Assembly (NCBI GenBank): GCA_044347345.1
Contig: JBIKUX010000011.1
Location: 26,502-90,501, forward strand
Length of the DNA: 64,000 nucleotides
DNA from: Bdellovibrionota bacterium
GTDB taxonomy: Bacteria > Bdellovibrionota_C > UBA2361 > JBIKUX01
Reading direction: 5' to 3'
The notes under the pieces are model-generated. The model was not told the DNA's origin. It was given only the letters and a program-made list of their open reading frames with translations, and ran no database searches. This document shows positions 9,183-18,728 of the stretch, in pieces. The position numbers were made by a program, and so were the translations under genes. Every line of letters begins with the position of its first letter. Within the stretch, counting starts at the first letter, position 1.

Positions 9183-11153
9183 TTAAGCTGAAGATTTTGA
9201 TTGAAGTGGTGGAGTTAAGGTTACGAGGGTGCCCATAATTACGACTATTAGTCCTATCCAAAGCCATTTCTGCAACGGATTTATAAACAATTTGAATGCA
9301 GCTCTATTTCCAGAATCGTCAAGGCCGGCCAGTACTAAGTAAACATCTTCACGCAGAGTGCTGCGTATTGCTACCTCTGATGTCGATTCTTCTTTTCTAA
9401 TATATCTTCTCAATTCCGGTCGTAAAACATCTAAAGTTTTATCAGAAGGAGCATCTTTTAATTCTACCTGAGCCATAAGAGCTCCGTAGTTTTGGTTTTC
9501 TTTAGTAGTAAGATCTTTTAAATGAAATTTAAAACGACCTATTTGTTCTGATTGTCCCGGCAAAAGAGAAAACTCTACTTCAAGTTTATGTGCCATCGAA
9601 GCTGTAATTCCGAGCACCATAACAACTACACCAAGATGAACTAGATACCCACCGTATCTTGTGTGATGTCTTCTGACCATCTGTGCAAAATCTTTCGAGG
9701 CAGAGCCTTTCGATGTGCTGCTAAGGCGTTGTGCTTTGTAGCCGCGATAAAATTCGCGAAGAATCGTGTGGGTAATAAAATAACATATAGAATACGACAG
9801 TGTTGTGTAAAATGAAGGTGCTCCAGCCCAAACGCAAATAATACCTATAAATAAAGCGCCAATAAATGGACTTACAAAGGTACGAAGCACTCTCTGTAGT
9901 GATGCCTTGCGCCATGAAATAAGAGGTCCAACTCCCATTAGAAGTAGCATTGCCAAGAAAAGCGGAATAGTAACGGCGTTAAAATAAGGAATACCAATGG
10001 TTTGTTTTTTTCCGGTTACTGCCTCTGAAAGCACTGGAAACATTACACCCCACAAAACCGCAAAGCATATACTAAGGAAAAGAAGATTATTTAAAAGGAA
10101 AGCGGATTCGCGAGAGAGAATGCTTTCTAATTGAACGTCGGACGCAAGTTCTTGTCGTCGCCAATAATGAAGTATACCTACTCCTATCAGCAGAAAGATA
10201 AGATAGGCGAGGAATGTCCATCCTATGTCAGTAGAAGCAAAGGCATGGACACTTTGAACGATACCTGATCGAGTTAGGAAAGTGCCAAATACCGTGAGTC
10301 CGTAAGTAATAACGATGAGCCATACATTCCAAGCTTTAAGCATTCCCTTCCGTTCCTGTACCATTATGGAGTGAAGAAAAGCAGTTCCGGTAAGCCAAGG
10401 CAGAAAAGATGCATTTTCAACAGGATCCCACGCCCAAAAACCTCCCCAACCTAGCTCAAGATAGGCCCAATGACCTCCTAGCGTAATACCGACTGTTAAA
10501 AATCCCCATGCCACCAGTGTCCAGCGACGAGTAAGTTTTATCCATTCTGAGGAAATACGCCCTGCAAGTAGAGCACCAATACAGAAAGCAAAAGGCACTG
10601 CAAAAGTTGTAAATCCAAGATATAGCGTCGGTGGATGGGCTGCCATATATGGATTCTGAAGAAGTGGATTTAAGCCATTTCCCTCCAGAGGAATAAAAGG
10701 CGCCTTAATGTACCGAAATGGATTTGTAAGGAAAAGTACTATAGAGGTGAAAAAAAGAGTCGTAGTGTGAAATCCAACAATCACCCATGATAGTAGCTGT
10801 GGTGCAATGTTTCTGTCTGTAAATACTACTACTGCTCCCATGACACTGAGCAAAAAAGCCCACAGAAGCATTGAGCCATCCATCCCTCCCCATACGGCGG
10901 TTATTTTATAGATAGATGGCATTGTTGTGTCGGAAAACTGCCAAACAAATTGATTTGTAAAATCACTGGTTACAAAAAGTATAGCCAGTGCGGCTGTAGC
11001 ACCACCTAAAAAAATAGCATGTGCTACAGTAGCATATCTCGCGCTTGTTAAGTATGCATTGGAATTGAATTTGCCGGCATAAATTCCGGCGCAAATACTC
11101 CATATAGCAAGAAGCCAGGAGATAAATAAAAAAAAGCCTCCTAATTCACCCAT
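9183..11153 (-). CDS. ccmF: Cytochrome c heme lyase CcmF
   Basis: GLNPLLQNP, HPPTLYLG, WGGFWAWDPVEN, SVHAFA. Confidence 0.96.
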   Translation of the reverse strand: MGELGGFFLFISWLLAIWSICAGIYAGKFNSNAYLTSARYATVAHAIFLGGATAALAILFVTSDFTNQFVWQFSDTTMPSIYKITAVWGGMDGSMLLWAFLLSVMGAVVVFTDRNIAPQLLSWVIVGFHTTTLFFTSIVLFLTNPFRYIKAPFIPLEGNGLNPLLQNPYMAAHPPTLYLGFTTFAVPFAFCIGALLAGRISSEWIKLTRRWTLVAWGFLTVGITLGGHWAYLELGWGGFWAWDPVENASFLPWLTGTAFLHSIMVQERKGMLKAWNVWLIVITYGLTVFGTFLTRSGIVQSVHAFASTDIGWTFLAYLIFLLIGVGILHYWRRQELASDVQLESILSRESAFLLNNLLFLSICFAVLWGVMFPVLSEAVTGKKQTIGIPYFNAVTIPLFLAMLLLMGVGPLISWRKASLQRVLRTFVSPFIGALFIGIICVWAGAPSFYTTLSYSICYFITHTILREFYRGYKAQRLSSTSKGSASKDFAQMVRRHHTRYGGYLVHLGVVVMVLGITASMAHKLEVEFSLLPGQSEQIGRFKFHLKDLTTKENQNYGALMAQVELKDAPSDKTLDVLRPELRRYIRKEESTSEVAIRSTLREDVYLVLAGLDDSGNRAAFKLFINPLQKWLWIGLIVVIMGTLVTLTPPLQSKSSA

Positions 11154-11172
11154 TTTTACTCCGGATAAATAG

Positions 11173-11607
11173 TTATTTTGTTGTAGTATTTGATTTATTT
11201 ATATTTTGCTCTGGTGAGGGAGGCTCATATTTTGATGGACATTGAGTGAGCAAAGTATGAGCATAAAGTTTACCATTAACAAAATCACCATCAATAAGCA
11301 CATCTCGTCCAGCAGCAAACATATCTGGCTTTAGATCCTGATAAATCACCGGGATTGAAAGTTCTTTTTTGTTGTGATCGTGAAGTTCAAATTCTAATTT
11401 TATTTCAGGTTCTAAAGTATAATTAATCTTAGACTCTGCTACTTGTCCTCCTACTCTGAGCCTTTTTCGATCTTGTGAAGAGGTTCGAGCTAGCTCTGAC
11501 GGGAGAATAATCTCAGCTTTTGTTGTGGTGGTGGCATATAATAGTAAAAGAGTTCCACACACGGCCACTGCCATAGCTAAGAGGCTAAATATAGGGCTCC
11601 GCTTCAT
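11173..11607 (-). CDS. ccmE: Heme chaperone CcmE, Cys variant (CxxxY)
   Basis: RLRVGGQV, KPDMF, LLTQCPSKY in place of LAKHDENY. Confidence 0.9.
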   Translation of the reverse strand: MKRSPIFSLLAMAVAVCGTLLLLYATTTTKAEIILPSELARTSSQDRKRLRVGGQVAESKINYTLEPEIKLEFELHDHNKKELSIPVIYQDLKPDMFAAGRDVLIDGDFVNGKLYAHTLLTQCPSKYEPPSPEQNINKSNTTTK

Positions 11608-11851
11608 TAGTAAATGCCTTTTTAGTTTTATAATACTTCGTATTATGTAGAGTCACCACTTTATAGTACTGATGGTAAAATCTGCAGGAAAGCTTTCGAT
11701 TAAAAATATGCTTTATTTACGATAATGTCGTGCTTTATTGTTCAATCCCATGATAGTTTTCATACTGAGTAAGCTTTATTCTCCTATTTATATAGTTTTT
11801 TGCTCGTAGAGGAGATTAGTGTATTTCACAATTTAAATACGAGATGATAGG

Positions 11852-11868
11852 AAAAGTAAGTTACTTTT
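11852..11868. promoter_or_regulatory. Palindrome AAAAGTAA-G-TTACTTTT, possible transcription-factor site
   Basis: Perfect 8-bp inverted arms in the intergenic DNA upstream of the ccm operon. Confidence 0.3.
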
Positions 11869-12049
11869 ATTTCGTTAACTTAAGATTTTTTGCAAATCTC
11901 CGAACTATTAAACATCAGGTTAGACAGGAATTCATGAAGAAAAAGGTGTGGTTCTCTTCATGAAGTTAAACAACGCTGATATGAAATAGATAAATTTTGT
12001 TAAGAGCTATTTTATTAAACGTTGTTTGTGATTTGGTCATGCTTATTAG

Positions 12050-12079
12050 AAATAAAAAGCATGCAAATAAAAAGCATAC
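12050..12079. repeat. 15-bp tandem duplication AAATAAAAAGCATRC x2
   Basis: Read directly; one mismatch. Confidence 0.8.
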
Positions 12080-12148
12080 GAGTAAGCGGTATGCCCGGAC
12101 GTGACTTGGGGCGCGGTATTTTTTATACTTTTTAAGTATTTAATTTTT

Positions 12149-15100
12149 TTAGTTTAGCCATTTATCAATACTTCGTAGACTTTCTACGCAAATATATGGA
12201 ATTTTGCCAGTACGCTGAAGCGTACCTTCGGCAAAAACAAGTGAAGAAGTAAGTATTATGTGTCGCCAGTTATTAAACTTATGAGGAAGAACTACTAAAT
12301 TTATAAAACCAGTCTCATCTTCAATTGTAAGAAATAGCACTCCTTTTGCGGTGCTTGGTTTTTGTCTAATTGTTATTAATCCCGCTGTTCGAATATTTTT
12401 TGAATAATTTGGCACCGTATCGAAATCTGATAGCTGGATTGCGGTGTATGCTCCCCAAGATTGCAGACGCTCTCTTAGAATCATTAGTGGATGGTCATTT
12501 AATGAAAATCCGACCGATTTATATTGTTCTAAAAGTGAATCAGTGCGGCTTAGTAGAGGGAGACTAGCAGGCAAAGTATCTGTTACTGATAAAGCAAGAG
12601 AAGGAGGCAAGTTAGGAAGAGATTGAATTTGCCACAAAGCTTCACGGCTATTAAGGTTAAATTTAAGAAAAGCATTTGCATGTGCCAGAAGTTTTAATGT
12701 TAGGCGTATAATTTTACTGTGAGACGGCAGAGCTTCTATAAGCTGTCGCCACAAGTCTTGAATATTAAGTGGTAAACCAAATTTCTTACGATTACTGATA
12801 ATAGCTATAACTACTTTAGTGTGAATACCTTTAATTAGGTGAAACCCCAAGCGAATACTTTTTCTTCCACTTTGGTTGTCTGATTCTACGATTGTTTCCC
12901 AATCGCTAGTTAAGATGTCTATTGGTAATACGGATATATTATGACGCTTGGCATCTGCTATTAGCTGTGCTGGTGCATAAAAACCCATAGGTTGGCTATT
13001 TAATAAAGCAGCAGTAAAATGCTCAGGATAAAAATATTTTAACCAGGCAGATATGTAAACCAGGTTAGCAAAAGAAGCAGCATGAGCCTCGGGAAAGCCA
13101 TATTCTGAGAATCCCTTTATTTGGTTTAAGCAATTGTTTGCAAAATCAGCTGAATAGCCATTTTTTATCATGCCATTAATGACGCGATCTTTAAATTGAC
13201 TTATAACTCCTTCATTTCTCTTCCAAGATGACATAGCTCTTCTAAGCTGTTCTGCTTCACCTGGAGTAAAGTTAGCAAGTACTACAGCTAATCGCATTGC
13301 TTGCTCCTGAAAAAGTGGTACTCCACAGGTCTTTCCAAGAATTTTAGCGACTGATTCATCTGGAAAATTAAAAACTTCTAATCCTGCACGACGCTTAAGA
13401 TATGGATGTACCATATTCCCCTGTATCGGCCCAGGACGAACAATCGCTACTTGAATAACTAGATCATAAAATTGCCGTGGTTGTAATCTCGGTAACATGG
13501 AAATTTGAGCTCGTGATTCAACTTGAAATACTCCTATCGAATCCCCTTGACATAACATTTCATAAACTTGCGGAACCTCTCGAGGCACCGTTTCCAAAGT
13601 CAGAAGTTCTTTATCAGTAGTTTTTTCAGCGATTGAAAAAAAAGCTCGCCTTATGCATGACAGCATACCTAAAGCTAAAATATCGATTTTTAAAATACCT
13701 AGTCTTTCAATGTCATCTTTATCCCACTCAATAATGGTTCTTCCTGGCATTGTTGCGGGTACAATTGGAACTATATCGCTTAATGGTGATGATGAAACAA
13801 TAAAGCCACCTACATGTTGAGAGCGATGGCGAGGAAATCCTAAAAGAGCATTGCTTAGAGATACTAGACGTCGAATCAAAGGTAAATCAAAATTTAGTCC
13901 CAATTTAGTAAGAGCTTCTTCATCTATTTTGTTATCTGTCCAATTGTGGATAGATTTGGCAACTATATTGATTAATTCAGGAGCTATGCCAAGGACACGG
14001 CCTACATCACGAATAGCACTTTTGTGTCGATAGGTGACAATTTCAGCGGTAAGAGCCGTATGGCGACGTCCATATTTTTCAAACAAATATTGAATTACTT
14101 CCTCTCTCCTTTCATGTTCAAAATCTATATCAATATCCGGAGGCTCATTGCGTTCACGACTTATAAAACGTCCGAATAAAAGATCGATTTTTGTTGGATC
14201 AACTGAGGTAATACCAAGGCAGAAGCAAACAGCCGAGTTTGCTGCTGCACCTCTTCCTTGATGAAGTATTTTCCGCGAACGAGCAAATTGAACGATATCA
14301 AAACATGTTAAAAAAAATTTTTCGTAATTTAGTTCTTGAATAATTTTAAGTTCATCTTCTATTAGTTTTTTTACAGAAGAAGGAACTACTTGGTGATACT
14401 TTTTGTTTGCACCTTTATAAACTAATTTTTTAAGGTATTTTAGTGGTGAGTAGTTTTTTGGACATTCAGGCGCAGGATATTCATATTTAAGCTGGTCTAA
14501 TGAAAATGCAGAAAGAGTATTTGCAATTATGAGAGAGTTATCTAGAGCATTATCAATCTTATGAAAGCGCTCTCTGATATCTGCGATTTGATGAAGATAT
14601 CTTTCAGAATTTGGTTCAAGTAAATCTCCAGCAGTATAAATGGTGCATTTCTCTCTTATACAAGTAAGAATATCATGAAGTGGTTTTCGTTCCGGTATAT
14701 GATATATAACGTTGCCAGTAGCTACTAGCGGAATAAAAGTATCAGTGGCAAGCAATTTAGCAATACGAAAAACATATGTGTCATCTGAGTTTAAAGATAC
14801 AGATAATCCAAGTGAAAATAACGAATTTTCTGAGCAGTACGATTTAATAGTAGTGACTAAATTTAATATTGCTTTATAAGAAAGAAAATTATTTGTTGGT
14901 CCTAGTATTTCGCGTAAAGGAAGAATAATAACTCCTTCTTCACTAAATTCCTTTAGTGATATAAGAGATGGTGTAATACTACTACAATGGTATTCAGTAA
15001 TTAAAGAAGATAATAAGGCATAGCCCTTTGGTGTTTTTGGATATAACAAGAAATAAGGCGTAGCACTTGTTACGCTTATATTAGTTATATGATTATTTAT

Positions 15101-15358
15101 ATTTTTTGTATTATTAGTGTCGGATAGATAAAGTTGACAATTAACAGGAATGCTTGCTCCGACAATTAAGGAGATACCATAGCGTTGTGCAGCATCATAA
15201 GCCCTTACTATGCCTCCTAATGAACAACGATCAGTAATGGCGATGGCCTTATAACCAAGATTTGCTGCTTGTTCAACATACTCTTCTGGATGGCTAGCGC
15301 CATAAAGAAAAGAGTAATTGGTAGTAGTATGAAGCTCTGCATATTGAAGATCAGTCAT
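12149..15358 (-). CDS. dnaE2: Error-prone DNA polymerase DnaE2 (ImuC)
   Basis: YAELHTTTNYSFLYGAS PHP domain, GRGAAANSAVC, EPPDIDIDFE, SQHVGG, LKIDILALGML, C-terminal OB fold RQKPSTAKGV; follows imuB. Confidence 0.95.
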   Translation of the reverse strand: MTDLQYAELHTTTNYSFLYGASHPEEYVEQAANLGYKAIAITDRCSLGGIVRAYDAAQRYGISLIVGASIPVNCQLYLSDTNNTKNINNHITNISVTSATPYFLLYPKTPKGYALLSSLITEYHCSSITPSLISLKEFSEEGVIILPLREILGPTNNFLSYKAILNLVTTIKSYCSENSLFSLGLSVSLNSDDTYVFRIAKLLATDTFIPLVATGNVIYHIPERKPLHDILTCIREKCTIYTAGDLLEPNSERYLHQIADIRERFHKIDNALDNSLIIANTLSAFSLDQLKYEYPAPECPKNYSPLKYLKKLVYKGANKKYHQVVPSSVKKLIEDELKIIQELNYEKFFLTCFDIVQFARSRKILHQGRGAAANSAVCFCLGITSVDPTKIDLLFGRFISRERNEPPDIDIDFEHERREEVIQYLFEKYGRRHTALTAEIVTYRHKSAIRDVGRVLGIAPELINIVAKSIHNWTDNKIDEEALTKLGLNFDLPLIRRLVSLSNALLGFPRHRSQHVGGFIVSSSPLSDIVPIVPATMPGRTIIEWDKDDIERLGILKIDILALGMLSCIRRAFFSIAEKTTDKELLTLETVPREVPQVYEMLCQGDSIGVFQVESRAQISMLPRLQPRQFYDLVIQVAIVRPGPIQGNMVHPYLKRRAGLEVFNFPDESVAKILGKTCGVPLFQEQAMRLAVVLANFTPGEAEQLRRAMSSWKRNEGVISQFKDRVINGMIKNGYSADFANNCLNQIKGFSEYGFPEAHAASFANLVYISAWLKYFYPEHFTAALLNSQPMGFYAPAQLIADAKRHNISVLPIDILTSDWETIVESDNQSGRKSIRLGFHLIKGIHTKVVIAIISNRKKFGLPLNIQDLWRQLIEALPSHSKIIRLTLKLLAHANAFLKFNLNSREALWQIQSLPNLPPSLALSVTDTLPASLPLLSRTDSLLEQYKSVGFSLNDHPLMILRERLQSWGAYTAIQLSDFDTVPNYSKNIRTAGLITIRQKPSTAKGVLFLTIEDETGFINLVVLPHKFNNWRHIILTSSLVFAEGTLQRTGKIPYICVESLRSIDKWLN

Positions 15359-15375
15359 AGTTCAAAAAAGGTCTA

Positions 15376-17013
15376 CTACCACCATATTCCTTGTATAAGC
15401 CATTTATCTAAGAAAGATGATTTTCTATAAATCCATAACCATAGACCATCTGTTGTTTGCATTTTATAATACTCTCGATGTATGACTTTTGTTCCGTATT
15501 CCCAATTTGGTAGATTCCACCATTCTTCATTTATTTTTTTTGGGCCTTTTATAACGTATATTTTATGTTTTTGATTACGCCATATAAACTGTGTAAAAAG
15601 TTCTTTATTTGAATCTTTAACTATTTTTATAGGCTCAGGAGATTCCAATAAAACTGGCGGATATGATTCGTTTAAAAAATTTGACGATAAACTATGCGAA
15701 GGTTTTTCTATTGAGCGTATAAATTTACTTCTTTTTTCTGGAAGCCAAGTATTAGTAAAGCTTGCGGAGCATATTTGAGATGCATCAAAAGCGGCAGTTA
15801 AAGAATCCATTAAGCGTTTTGTGTCTTCATGAATTAATGATTCTCCATTTAAATCAAATTGAAGATGGATTAAATCTACTACATCCATCCCTTCTAGATA
15901 AATTTGTTTTACTGGTGATTGTGGGTGAGATCGTTCTATTAGAGGAATAAGAATTTCATTTAGATATTTCTTAACTTGGTTAGGTTTTTGTAATGAAGGC
16001 AGAGCAGTTAATCTACAAACTATTTTATGATGATCGTTTTGTTTTTTTCTGACATTTATTGAGTTTTCTATACAAAACGGAGGTGGCTCAGTTATGAATT
16101 TTATAGAAAAGCTTGATGTGTATTTTCCATCGTTAGTAATTTTTCCTAAAAGTTTGGTAATAAGGTGAGTTAAAGATAAGACAATATCCTTTACTAAAAT
16201 AATTGGTGGATCAAATTTAAGTTTACTTTTATATAATAAAGGTTTTTGCACCGAAGGAAGTAATTCATGCGCCGCACCGGTTAAGTAATTAAGAGCAATA
16301 ATAACTTCTTTTCCAAAACGGTGATAAATACTATTTCGATTAATAGATAAAAGTTGACTAATTTTACATATCCCAAATTCATTTATTTCAACTACTTTTT
16401 GCTCTGGTATACGAAGTGCTTGTATTGGTAAATCGTTGATGAGAGACATTAATTCGTGAGAATTTGTAGTTACTATAGAATTAGTTTGAAATCTAGCAAG
16501 AGCCCAGCTTGCACCTGTTGTTGTAGTAATAGCTATTTGTGCAGTAATTGATAGTGTTTGAAAAGCATTTTGAAGTGAATTAGCAAGATATTCCCAAGAA
16601 GAGTAAAGTTTAGAACATCCAGTTAAGTCTATTAATAAACCATTATATAAAGGGCTAGGGATAACTCTTAATGAATAGGCTTTTTGGCGTTGTTTGTCTA
16701 TTGATACAATGGGAGAAATACTAAGAAGCGCTTGTGCTGTGCGCTCAAGAATTAAAAAGTCATCATCAAGATTATATGGTAATGAAATTAATAAAAAATT
16801 GCAGGAAGTGCTTTTAGCATAAGCGAGATCTAAACTAGAGCCAATTTTTATATCACAAGACTCTGCTATAGAGTTAGTTCGTACTACATTAAACCCTGAA
16901 TTGCTTGGTTCAATTAATATTACTGGCGCTGTATCTGAGATATTTTTTTCTCTTATTTCAGAGTGAATTTCTGTAGACCAATACGGAAAATATAACCCTA
17001 AAAAAACTCGCAT
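15376..17013 (-). CDS. imuB: ImuB, inactive Y-family polymerase-like scaffold
   Basis: LYFPYW N-terminus, LLIDLTGC, ASWALARF, LPIQALRI, clamp-like QFDL, C-terminal GPKKINEEWW/REYY/WLWIYR domain. Confidence 0.85.
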   Translation of the reverse strand: MRVFLGLYFPYWSTEIHSEIREKNISDTAPVILIEPSNSGFNVVRTNSIAESCDIKIGSSLDLAYAKSTSCNFLLISLPYNLDDDFLILERTAQALLSISPIVSIDKQRQKAYSLRVIPSPLYNGLLIDLTGCSKLYSSWEYLANSLQNAFQTLSITAQIAITTTTGASWALARFQTNSIVTTNSHELMSLINDLPIQALRIPEQKVVEINEFGICKISQLLSINRNSIYHRFGKEVIIALNYLTGAAHELLPSVQKPLLYKSKLKFDPPIILVKDIVLSLTHLITKLLGKITNDGKYTSSFSIKFITEPPPFCIENSINVRKKQNDHHKIVCRLTALPSLQKPNQVKKYLNEILIPLIERSHPQSPVKQIYLEGMDVVDLIHLQFDLNGESLIHEDTKRLMDSLTAAFDASQICSASFTNTWLPEKRSKFIRSIEKPSHSLSSNFLNESYPPVLLESPEPIKIVKDSNKELFTQFIWRNQKHKIYVIKGPKKINEEWWNLPNWEYGTKVIHREYYKMQTTDGLWLWIYRKSSFLDKWLIQGIWW

Positions 17014-17024
17014 ATAATTACATA

Positions 17025-17888
17025 TTATTTAAAATGTAATTTATGGCAGACTTGCCAAATAGTGCGAGATGGCTGTATCCCTTTTTTTCTTTGTAATTTT
17101 ATATCCCATGAGGGATATAAATTATTATAAGGCTTTGTTGTTAGACCGGTAGGAGAAACTTCCCATCTTGTATTTGCAGCACTTTGCGCTGTTCTTTCTT
17201 GCCATGGTCGAATAATAAACCCAATACTACCGCTATTGGCTGCGGCTTGTTGCAAAATTAAGCTTTCTTTAAATAATAAATTGCTTATTGAGCTGATAAC
17301 TAAACTAACAGCAGGAGATGAAAGTAAAGTCCGCAAAGTATTTAATTTTTCTTTACGATTTTTTATTTTTATAAAAAGTACATGATTAAAAATGTCTTCC
17401 GAATAAGTTTTATTATGAATCTGTGTATAAAAAAGATTATATACTGAAGCTAAAAATAATGGTGAAGGCCAAGTATCTTCTCCGAGCCATATAATTTTTT
17501 TTGTGTTATTTGTGTGAGATGAAGTTGGTTGACAAGCTAAATATACACTACAAGCTATTACAGCCATTACCCCTCTAGGTAGTTCTGTAACACTTTTGAT
17601 GTGAGTATTGTTACTTATCCATTCATGAATAGTCCCCTTGTTTAGATACGCTGTCATTTCTCGTAAATCATTAATTTCTCGTAAATCATTAATTTTTAGG
17701 TCGACTTTATTTTGAGAATTTTCTTGTATCGGGTCGTTTTCTGACAAATTTTTGTTGGGTATATAGTAATTAAATTCTTTACTAGCATTTTTTGGCCATA
17801 CATGTTCTCCGTGCCATATAATCCCCTTTTTAATTAAGGAATCTATAACTGGCGACAGAGTTGATTTTGATAAAATATCAGTATCCAT
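17025..17888 (-). CDS. imuA: ImuA (RecA/SulA-like mutasome accessory protein)
   Basis: KGTIHEW, LQQAAANSGSIGFIIRP, SAANTRWEV; first gene of imuA-imuB-dnaE2. Confidence 0.75.
   Translation of the reverse strand: MDTDILSKSTLSPVIDSLIKKGIIWHGEHVWPKNASKEFNYYIPNKNLSENDPIQENSQNKVDLKINDLREINDLREMTAYLNKGTIHEWISNNTHIKSVTELPRGVMAVIACSVYLACQPTSSHTNNTKKIIWLGEDTWPSPLFLASVYNLFYTQIHNKTYSEDIFNHVLFIKIKNRKEKLNTLRTLLSSPAVSLVISSISNLLFKESLILQQAAANSGSIGFIIRPWQERTAQSAANTRWEVSPTGLTTKPYNNLYPSWDIKLQRKKGIQPSRTIWQVCHKLHFK
17656..17695. repeat. 18-bp perfect tandem duplication ATTTCTCGTAAATCATTA x2.2
   Basis: Read directly; gives INDLREINDLRE in ImuA. Confidence 0.9.
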
Positions 17889-18319
17889 AATAAAAGAGAG
17901 TTCTAGCTAAAGAGTTTTCGTACAAAACAAGAAAAAGTATCTGTAATTAAATAACCGCATTTATAAAAACTTATATTTTACAAGCATTATTTATTTTTTT
18001 GTTGCGTAAGAGACTCTCATAGATTCTATTAAAATTCTATATCTAAAAAAACTAAAATTCAAGTTACTTTGAGAATATGAGGTAATTCTCATTAATAAAT
18101 CTCCCATCAAGCAATCTCTTAGGCTAACGGAGTAAAAGCTAATGGATTAGGAAGAACCTTAGAGGTAGTAGGAGTAGGACTTGTTAGAGGAGTTAAACGT
18201 TAGGAAGGAGAGATAAAAAGCCTGTAATATAAAGAGAAGAGATATTACTACATATCCAATTCTCCTTACTCAGATAAACGGCTTATTATAAACTGTAATG
18301 ACCCCAAAATAGTTGGTAA

Positions 18320-18667
18320 CTATCCGTTGAATGAGCCCCAAGCCGCCCAGCCCGCCTGGTTAATCTTATACTTATCACCGACTTTTTCTACCGTTTGCGT
18401 TTTCACTAAGCCATCTAGCAGACTCTGTAGACCGACTAACTGATCGGTTCCTAATTGAAGATTTTGTTGGTTTTGCAACTTAAGAACGGTAAACCATTCA
18501 TCCGGAGTACGAGCTTTGGAGCTACCCTGAATGTCGATAGCCGACATTAGACCCAATAGGTATTCCATTTGAGGAACCGTAACGGGTGCTGTTGTTGGCA
18601 GGTTCTTTGCTGCGTTCGTTACTGCGTTTCTTTGTTGATGGTTCAGGGACATAAGATACCAATCCAT
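18320..18667 (-). CDS. Hypothetical protein with a winged-helix-like C-terminus
   Basis: LQSLLDGLVKTQTVEKVGDKYKINQAG resembles a wHTH recognition helix plus wing. Confidence 0.55.
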   Translation of the reverse strand: MDWYLMSLNHQQRNAVTNAAKNLPTTAPVTVPQMEYLLGLMSAIDIQGSSKARTPDEWFTVLKLQNQQNLQLGTDQLVGLQSLLDGLVKTQTVEKVGDKYKINQAGWAAWGSFNG

Positions 18668-18728
18668 GAATAACTTAGCGTTGAATGATCATTTATAAAT
18701 AAAGTGATAGAGTCAATAGCACGGCAAT

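Noticed and set aside
15376..17013. ImuB as a pseudogene because it lacks polymerase catalytic residues
   Set aside because: Loss of the catalytic acids is normal for ImuB, and the frame is intact.
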